A DNA stretch of 32,135 bases from Candidatus Firestoneibacteriota bacterium. Lineage in GTDB: Bacteria; Oederibacteriota; D2-FULL-39-29; JBDRBU01. Shown in pieces: positions 25,676 to 32,135 of this stretch. The stretch covers positions 1-32,135 of the forward strand of contig JBDRBU010000074.1 in NCBI GenBank assembly GCA_043822305.1. The letters are read 5' to 3'. Position numbers and translations under genes: made by a program. Numbering within the stretch: the first letter of the stretch is position 1; each line of letters starts with the position of its first letter. Under the pieces are notes generated by a model that did not search any database, had not been told where the DNA came from, and saw only the letters and a program-made list of their open reading frames with translations.

Positions 25676-26949
25676 TTTTGTTTGTTTATAACTTGGTTAT
25701 GATTAGTATTTTTATCATGGGACTACCAATTTTTTTTATTTTAATTATATCTTTACCAAAATGGAAAGACAGTATCTTGGAAAGATTTGGAATTTTAAAA
25801 AAACCGCTTAAAGACAAAATTAAAAATAATCCTAATATATGGTTCCATTCTGCTTCTATGGGCGAAGGTAAGAGTATTGTTTTACTTGCCAAAAGAATTA
25901 AAGATAAATTTAGTAAGTATAATCTTGTTTTTACAACTACTACTTTAGCCGGAAAGAAGATACTTAAAGAATATTTTAGTGACTCAATAATTTTTTATTT
26001 GCCGATAGATATATATTTTTTTATGAAGCCGGTAGTTAAACTAATTAACCCAAAAATTTTAATAGTAGCCGAAACAGAAATTTGGCCAAATTTATTTTAT
26101 CTTGTTAAAAAAAACAAGGGGGATATTATTATAGTTAATGGAAGAATTTCAAAAAAAAGTTTTAAATGGTATATTAAGGTAAAAAAAATTTTTAGTAAGG
26201 TTCTACGCTTGGTAGATAAATTTGGGATGCGTTCAGAAGAAGATGCTAAAGCCATTAAAGAATTAGGAGCAGAGCCAAATAAAGTAATAGTGACGGGTGA
26301 TTTAAAATTTGAGATATTTTTAATAAATAATAGTAAACAAAAAGAAATAACAGATTTAATCTTGCCTAGATGTTGTCGTCATATAATTGTGTGTGGAAGT
26401 GTTCATTTGTGTGAAATGAAAATATTATTAGAATCTTTCAAAACTATTTTAAACAAGTTTAAGAATTTAACATTGATTGTTGTTCCGAGATTTTTAGAAG
26501 AAGTTCCCGAGATGGAAAATTTAATAGCAAAATATAACTTTAAATATTTTAAAAGGAGTAATATTTCCAGAAATAAGGATAAATATGAAATTATTATAGT
26601 AGATAGCTTAGGAGAATTAAGTTATATTTATCAGATGGCAAATCTTGCTTTTGTCGGAGGCTCTCTTTCTAATATTGGAGGTCATAATATACTTGAGCCG
26701 ATATTCTTTGGCAAGCCGGTTTTATTTGGTCCTTATGTTCAAAATTTTAATGAAATTGCAGGAGAAATTAAAGGAAACTCCCTCGGCTTTTTAGTAAGAA
26801 ATCAAGAAGAATTAGCAAATAAAATATTAGAATTACTGAATAATAAAAACTTGCTATCAAGGATTAGTGTTGAGTCGAAGCAATTTCTTGAAAAAAGAAG
26901 AGGAGTAGTTTGTAAAAATATGGAAATCATTGAAAAATTTTTGGAGTAA
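25672..26949 (+). CDS. waaA: 3-deoxy-D-manno-octulosonic acid (Kdo) transferase
   Basis: IWFHSASMGE, ETEIWPN, NGRIS, TGDLKF, VGGSL, GGHNILEP; start 25666 or 25672. Confidence 0.93.
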   Translation: MILFVYNLVMISIFIMGLPIFFILIISLPKWKDSILERFGILKKPLKDKIKNNPNIWFHSASMGEGKSIVLLAKRIKDKFSKYNLVFTTTTLAGKKILKEYFSDSIIFYLPIDIYFFMKPVVKLINPKILIVAETEIWPNLFYLVKKNKGDIIIVNGRISKKSFKWYIKVKKIFSKVLRLVDKFGMRSEEDAKAIKELGAEPNKVIVTGDLKFEIFLINNSKQKEITDLILPRCCRHIIVCGSVHLCEMKILLESFKTILNKFKNLTLIVVPRFLEEVPEMENLIAKYNFKYFKRSNISRNKDKYEIIIVDSLGELSYIYQMANLAFVGGSLSNIGGHNILEPIFFGKPVLFGPYVQNFNEIAGEIKGNSLGFLVRNQEELANKILELLNNKNLLSRISVESKQFLEKRRGVVCKNMEIIEKFLE

Positions 26950-26955
26950 GGTAGT

Positions 26956-28035
26956 ATGAATAATGAAAGCATAATGAAATATTTATTAAGCCCGCATAAA
27001 AGCAAAATAATAAAACTAATTTTACTCTTAGTTTCAATGGTATATTTTTTGATTATAAAATTAAAAGAGTTTTTGTATAAAACAAAAATTTTACAACAAA
27101 AAAGATTACCCTGTAAAGTTATCAGTCTAGGTAATATTACGACAGGAGGAACTGGTAAAACACCGCTGACAAAGTTTATAGCCGAAAGTTTACAAGATAA
27201 AAAAGTTGGAATCTTAATCAGAGGCTATAAGAGAAAAAGTAATGATAAAATTATAGTGGTCAGAGATAATTTGACCCCTGCATATGTTGGGGATGAACCG
27301 TATTTTTTAGCCAAGGAGTTACCTTTAGTTCCAGTTTTCGTATGTCTGGATAGATATGCTGGAGGGAAATTTGCCCTAGATAGATTTAAAACAGAAATTT
27401 TGATTTTAGATGATGGATTTCAAAGAAGACTTTCTTTATATAGAGATATAGATATAGTAGTCATAGATGCTACTAATCCTTTTGGTAATGGATATTTGAT
27501 ACCACGGGGAATTTTAAGAGAAAGAATAGAAAATTTAAAAGAGGCCGATATATTTTTTTTAACAAAAGTTGATGGAGTAGAAAATATTAAAGATTTAATA
27601 AAGCAACTTAAAGAGATAAATGATAAGGTGTTGATCGTAGAAAGTGTTTATGAACCAGTAGAGTTGCATGATTTGTTTAATTGGGACGAGAAATATAATA
27701 TTAATGAGTTAAAGGATAAAAAGATTTTAGCCTTATCGGGGATAGGCAACCCTTCTTATTTTGAAAAGATTGTTTTTAAATTAGGGACGAAAGAAGTTCA
27801 TCCATTAAGATTCTTAGACCACCATAATTATACCAAGGAAGATGTTGTATTTATAAACAAAGAGGCATCCAGATTTGATTATGTAATTACCACACAGAAA
27901 GATAGCGTGAAATTATCCGATTCAGCTTCTGATAGTCTAATTAAAAAAATATTGGTGTTAAAAATAAAGATTAAAATTATTAAAGGAGAAAAAGAATTTT
28001 TTGAAATAATTAATTGTCATGAAAAAAATAAGTAA
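26956..28035 (+). CDS. lpxK: Tetraacyldisaccharide 4'-kinase
   Basis: GNITTGGTGKTP, RGYKR, GDEP, LDDGFQ, PRGILRE, SGIGNP, DHHNY, TQKDSVK. Confidence 0.95.
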   Translation: MNNESIMKYLLSPHKSKIIKLILLLVSMVYFLIIKLKEFLYKTKILQQKRLPCKVISLGNITTGGTGKTPLTKFIAESLQDKKVGILIRGYKRKSNDKIIVVRDNLTPAYVGDEPYFLAKELPLVPVFVCLDRYAGGKFALDRFKTEILILDDGFQRRLSLYRDIDIVVIDATNPFGNGYLIPRGILRERIENLKEADIFFLTKVDGVENIKDLIKQLKEINDKVLIVESVYEPVELHDLFNWDEKYNINELKDKKILALSGIGNPSYFEKIVFKLGTKEVHPLRFLDHHNYTKEDVVFINKEASRFDYVITTQKDSVKLSDSASDSLIKKILVLKIKIKIIKGEKEFFEIINCHEKNK

Positions 28036-28903
28036 TCTTTTAGAATATATAATATTTATTATTTTTGCATTTTTATTTAGATTTTTACCATTTAAAATAA
28101 GTGTTTCCATAGGCGGTTTTTTAGGTAATTTAATTTATGGTCTTGATCGTAAGCATAGAAAAATTGCTTTTAATAATTTAAAAGAATCTTTTAAAGAAAA
28201 AAATAATCAAGAAATAAAAGATATAGTTAAAGGATTATATAGAAATATTGGGAAATCTTTTATTGAGTTTATATTTTTACCCAGATTAAATAAAGAAAAA
28301 CTTTTAAAGTTAATAAAGATTGAAGGTAAGGAAAACTTAGAGAAAGCAATATCAAAAGGAAAAGGAGTTATTGTCATTGTTTCACATTTTGGTAATTGGG
28401 AATTGGTAGGTTCAACGTGTTCACTGTTTGGCCCTTCATCTGCTGTAGCCTTTCCTCAAAGTAATAAATTGACGGACAAGTTAATAAACAAGTATAGAAA
28501 ATCAACAGGTTTGAAAATCTTATATACAGGTGGTGCCATAAAAGAGTTAATAAAAAGTTTAAAGAGAAAAGAAATAATAGGACTACTATCTGACCAGGAT
28601 GCAGGTGGTGAAGGTGTATTTGTAGAATTTTTTGGAAGACCGGCATCAACTCACAGGGGACCTGTTGTTTTGGCTCTAAAAACAGAAGCACCCGTAGTTC
28701 TAACATTTTTAATAAGAGAAAAGAATAATACTCATAGATTAGTCATAGAAAAAGAGCTTGATCTAGTTAAAACAGGGAATTTAGAAAAAGATGTTAAAAT
28801 TAATACGACTAAATGGGTAAAGATACTTGAAGATTATGTAAGAAAATATCCAGAGCAGTGGTTCTGGGTTCATAGAAGATGGAAGACAAAAATAGAGGCG
28901 TAG
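28019..28903 (+). CDS. Lipid A late acyltransferase (LpxL/HtrB family)
   Basis: SHFGNWE, LLSDQD, VEFFG, PEQWFWVHRRWK. Confidence 0.92.
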   Translation: MKKISNLLEYIIFIIFAFLFRFLPFKISVSIGGFLGNLIYGLDRKHRKIAFNNLKESFKEKNNQEIKDIVKGLYRNIGKSFIEFIFLPRLNKEKLLKLIKIEGKENLEKAISKGKGVIVIVSHFGNWELVGSTCSLFGPSSAVAFPQSNKLTDKLINKYRKSTGLKILYTGGAIKELIKSLKRKEIIGLLSDQDAGGEGVFVEFFGRPASTHRGPVVLALKTEAPVVLTFLIREKNNTHRLVIEKELDLVKTGNLEKDVKINTTKWVKILEDYVRKYPEQWFWVHRRWKTKIEA

Positions 28904-28912
28904 AGGTACAAA

Positions 28913-29974
28913 ATGAAAATATTAATAATTAGACTAAGTTCTTTGGGGGATGTGGTTTTATCAACCTCAGTTCTTCCTGGTCTTAAAAAAAAGTTTCCAG
29001 ATTCTTTTATATCGTTTATAGTTAAAAAGGAGTATGAAGAAGTGTTAGAAGGTAATCCATATGTAAATGAGATAATTTCTTTGGATAAAAAGAAGAGGAA
29101 ATTATTTAATATTATTAAACTTGCGATAAAGTTAAGAAAAAGTTATGATTATATTATAGACTTGCATTTAAATTTTAGGAGTTTTTTAATAACTTTAATA
29201 TCTTCGGCAAAAATTTTAAAATACAAGAAGAGCATTTTTAAAAGAAGAATTTTAGTTTTTTACTCTTATGTCAGAACTATATTGCCTTCCCTGTACCATT
29301 CACCATGTTCAGCTACAGGGCAAGTTTTACCTGAAATGTTTAAGGATTATTTAGGCCATGTTATAAAAAATTATTTTTTTTCATTAAAAAAGTTAAATAT
29401 TAAATATGAAGGAGAATTACCTGAAATTTTTATACGAAAAGGGTTAACAAATGAATTGCCTCAGGATGAAATTTTAATTGGATTGGCTCCCGGAGGTAAA
29501 TGGTGGACGAAAAGGTGGCTGCCAGAAAGATTTGCTGAAGCAGGAGATTACTTTGCAAAAAAATTGCATTCCAAAATTTTAATATTTGGCGATGGAAAAG
29601 ACAAAGAGATTGTAAAAGAGATTATAAACTTGATGAAAGAAAAAGAAAAAGTTTTAGATTTTTCAGGTAAGACTTCAGTAAAGGAGTTAGCATTTTTTAT
29701 TGAAAAATGCACTCTTTTTATTACAAACGATTCTGCTCCAATGCATATGGCTTTAGGATTAAAAGTTCCTACTATCTCTATATTTTGTTCGACAACACCC
29801 GATTTTGGATTTGCAATTTCTAGTCCCAATAATAAAATATTAAGTTTTGATCTACCCTGTAAACCATGCAATTTACATGGTTCTAAAAAATGCTGGAAAA
29901 GAAATTTTGAATGTGCAAAAAAAATAACAGTGGAAGAAGTTATTGCCGAAGGGGAAGGATTGATAAGTAGATAA
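28913..29974 (+). CDS. Glycosyltransferase family 9 (LPS heptosyltransferase-like)
   Basis: KILIIRLSSLGDVV, DLH, APGG..TKRW, ITNDSAPMHMA, C-terminal CKPC. Confidence 0.92.
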   Translation: MKILIIRLSSLGDVVLSTSVLPGLKKKFPDSFISFIVKKEYEEVLEGNPYVNEIISLDKKKRKLFNIIKLAIKLRKSYDYIIDLHLNFRSFLITLISSAKILKYKKSIFKRRILVFYSYVRTILPSLYHSPCSATGQVLPEMFKDYLGHVIKNYFFSLKKLNIKYEGELPEIFIRKGLTNELPQDEILIGLAPGGKWWTKRWLPERFAEAGDYFAKKLHSKILIFGDGKDKEIVKEIINLMKEKEKVLDFSGKTSVKELAFFIEKCTLFITNDSAPMHMALGLKVPTISIFCSTTPDFGFAISSPNNKILSFDLPCKPCNLHGSKKCWKRNFECAKKITVEEVIAEGEGLISR

Positions 29975-31827
29975 TGAAAAAATTATTGGCAACAATTTTG
30001 TTTTTATTCATATTTTCGATTTATCTTTTTACTTTAGCCCCAACAGTTAGTTTCAGAGATACTGGGGATTTAATTGCTTCCTCGTATACTCTGGGTATTT
30101 CACATCCTTCTGGCTTTCCTTTATTTATGCTTCTTGGAAAAATCTTTACTTATCTACCAGCGGGAACAATTGCTTTTAGAATTAATTTAATGTCTGCTCT
30201 TTTTTCATCATTAACCTGTTTATTTGTATTTTTAACAATAAATAATCTTACAAAAAATTTATTTATAGGAGTTACGGCGACAATATTCTTAGGTTTCTCT
30301 TTAACATTCTGGACATATGCAGAAATAGGCGAAAAGTATTCTTTGTATGCGTTTTTATCATCGGTCTTAATTTATTTGGGAGTTGTTTTAAAAAAAAAAT
30401 TAGTCGTACTTTATGTGTTTTTGTTTGGATTAAGTTTAACGCACCATTTAGCCATAATAATATTTTTAGTCCCCTTAATATATTTAGTCTACAAAAGAAT
30501 TGATAAAAGATTTTTCAAAAAAAATTATATTGCAATTTTGATAGCATTCATAATCCCTTTATTACTTTATTTATATCTCCCTCTTAGAGCCGCAACAGAT
30601 CCACTTTTAAACTGGGGAAAACCAGATAGTTTCGAAAGGTTTATAGCCCATTTAACAGGTAAAGATTATAGATATGCAATGTTTTCAACAAATGTTTTTG
30701 AATTAATTGTTAGATTTAAAGACCAGGTTATTATGAATTTTGTAAGAGAGTTTACAATAATTGGATTTATTCTTGGAATACTTGGTTGTCTTTATTTATT
30801 TTTTAAAAATAAAATCATTGGAATTTTTTTAAGTCTGGTTATTTGTTTTAATGTTTTAATATTTATAAATTATAATATATTAGATTTACAAAATATTGGA
30901 ACATATTATTTGCCTGCTTTTATTGTGTTTTCTATATGGATAGGTGCTGGAATCATATGGTTAACCGAAAAGACTAAGTTTAAAAAAACATTTTCAGTAG
31001 TTTTATTAATTTTTAGCATTTCATTTATTTTTAATAATTTTAATATGGCTAACAGGAGAAATGACTATTTAAATTATGATTTCGGGTCCAATCTGATAAA
31101 ATCTGTTGAAAATAACTCAATACTTATGGTCAATGGGGACATGCCCTTGTTTCCTTTGTGGTATCTTCAATATGTAGAAGGGTATAATAAAAATATTTGT
31201 ATAATTCCGTCTTACAGGATAAATGTAATAGAGACAATAAAAAAAAATATATCTAAAAGCCCGGTATATTTTAGTTATTTTCCATATGAGTCAATTGATT
31301 GGAAAGAAATATTGTTAGTGCCATCTGGAGTGGTTTATAAAGTATATAAGAAACAAAAAGAGTTTACCATTGATAAAACAAAGATAGATGATTTATGGAA
31401 TTATTATAATATAAGAAATATATATAATTTTAATGGATTTAAAAATGAAAACTGGGAAATGGTTTCAATGCATTATGCTATTTCGCATCATCAGCAGGGA
31501 GAGTTTTACGGAAATAATGAGTTTTTTGAGGAGGCTTTTTTTCATTTTAAAAAGACTTTGGATATATACCCAAATTATATTGAAAGTTATTTAAGTCTTG
31601 GTGAACTTTTTGAAAAGATAGATATTAAAAAAGCAAAGGACTATTATAAAAAAGCATTAGAAATAGTAAATGTTAATTTAAAAAGAGATGAGACAAGAGA
31701 TGATCTAAAGGAGTATAGATTAACGATATCTAAAGTGCTTTATGATAAAAGTGTTATGAGTTTAAACTCAGGAAAGACCGATTTATCTGAATATTTTTTT
31801 TATAGGAGCGAAAGGTTTAAAAAATGA
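29974..31827 (+). CDS. DUF2723 (TMEM260-like, GT-C fold) membrane protein with C-terminal TPR-like helices
   Basis: YLFTLAPTV..DTGDL..LGISHPSGFPLF, YLYLPLRA, LNWGKP, GDMPLFPLWYLQ; many hydrophobic segments. Confidence 0.85.
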   Translation: MKKLLATILFLFIFSIYLFTLAPTVSFRDTGDLIASSYTLGISHPSGFPLFMLLGKIFTYLPAGTIAFRINLMSALFSSLTCLFVFLTINNLTKNLFIGVTATIFLGFSLTFWTYAEIGEKYSLYAFLSSVLIYLGVVLKKKLVVLYVFLFGLSLTHHLAIIIFLVPLIYLVYKRIDKRFFKKNYIAILIAFIIPLLLYLYLPLRAATDPLLNWGKPDSFERFIAHLTGKDYRYAMFSTNVFELIVRFKDQVIMNFVREFTIIGFILGILGCLYLFFKNKIIGIFLSLVICFNVLIFINYNILDLQNIGTYYLPAFIVFSIWIGAGIIWLTEKTKFKKTFSVVLLIFSISFIFNNFNMANRRNDYLNYDFGSNLIKSVENNSILMVNGDMPLFPLWYLQYVEGYNKNICIIPSYRINVIETIKKNISKSPVYFSYFPYESIDWKEILLVPSGVVYKVYKKQKEFTIDKTKIDDLWNYYNIRNIYNFNGFKNENWEMVSMHYAISHHQQGEFYGNNEFFEEAFFHFKKTLDIYPNYIESYLSLGELFEKIDIKKAKDYYKKALEIVNVNLKRDETRDDLKEYRLTISKVLYDKSVMSLNSGKTDLSEYFFYRSERFKK

Positions 31828-31995
31828 AATATTTTTTGAAAACTATAGTAGTTGGAGAGTTATATGTAAACTGTTATATATTGGCCGATGTTAATTCAAA
31901 AGAAGGATGTGTTGTTGATCCGGGTGATAATTTTGATAAAATATTTAATGTTATTCAAAAAAACAATATAAATGTGAAATATATAATCAATACAC
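31824..31995 (+). pseudogene. MBL-fold metallo-hydrolase (glyoxalase II-like) 5' part, interrupted
   Basis: VGELYVNCYIL, VVDPG, VKYIINT match the family, then TPGKFCDG replaces the expected THxHxDH and the frame stops at 32060. Confidence 0.8.
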
Positions 31996-32084
31996 CGGGA
32001 AAATTTTGCGATGGTGTCAGTAAAGATGATATAGGAGTTGTGTATAGCATGGCCTCCTGATAGAATAGAAATAAAGGAGGAAAA

Positions 32085-32135
32085 ATGGACGAAATTGTAA
32101 AGAAAGCCGGCAGGAAAAAGTACAATGCAGAGGAA
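32085..32135 (+). CDS. Partial ORF, probable transposase N-terminus (IS3 OrfA-like)
   Basis: AAAGGAGG RBS (32073-32080), MDEIVKKAGRKKYNAEE running off the window; resembles the R-K-Y-x-x-E-x-K start of transposase HTH domains; only 17 codons visible. Confidence 0.45.
   Translation, partial: MDEIVKKAGRKKYNAEE

Noticed and set aside
7387..29871. Numerous short alternative ORFs (e.g. 7387-7680, 8131-8403, 9538-9810, 17092-17613, 23749-24099, 28374-28706, 29548-29871)
   Set aside because: Antisense shadows of well-supported genes, with no motifs or independent translation signals.
1..32135. tRNA or rRNA genes
   Set aside because: No cloverleaf or rRNA-like sequence seen in the few intergenic regions long enough to hold one.

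Overview
AT-rich chromosomal segment from a diderm (LPS-producing) bacterium; the lineage cannot be assigned from the sequence alone. Left arm: a prephenate dehydratase-like gene with a consensus sigma70 promoter and structured leader converges on a minus-strand operon (ExeA-like AAA ATPase, purB, exported hypothetical protein, aroA-like). The 2-kb divergent intergenic region (about 5390-7395) is stacked with mobile DNA: GTAG-type REP hairpins, a ~300-bp MITE-like nested element, and an IS481-like DDE transposase element bounded by a 16-bp direct repeat. Right arm: one long + strand run of tamB-like, bamA, PTS EIIA (Fru/Ntr type), hprK, a degenerate YvcK/GlmR-like protein, a complete mannose-family PTS (IIA, IIB, IIC, IID) split by a GH57 4-alpha-glucanotransferase-like gene, ptsH, ptsI, a nitroreductase, lipid A/core genes (DUF374, waaA, lpxK, LpxL-like, GT9), a DUF2723 membrane protein, and an MBL-fold gene broken at its metal-binding motif by a probable IS at the window edge. 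The most notable signals are two 22-25 bp palindromic elements inserted in frame in tamB, each with its own 5-bp flanking duplication; the long-duplication IS481-like element; and the PTS-GH57-degenerate YvcK arrangement.
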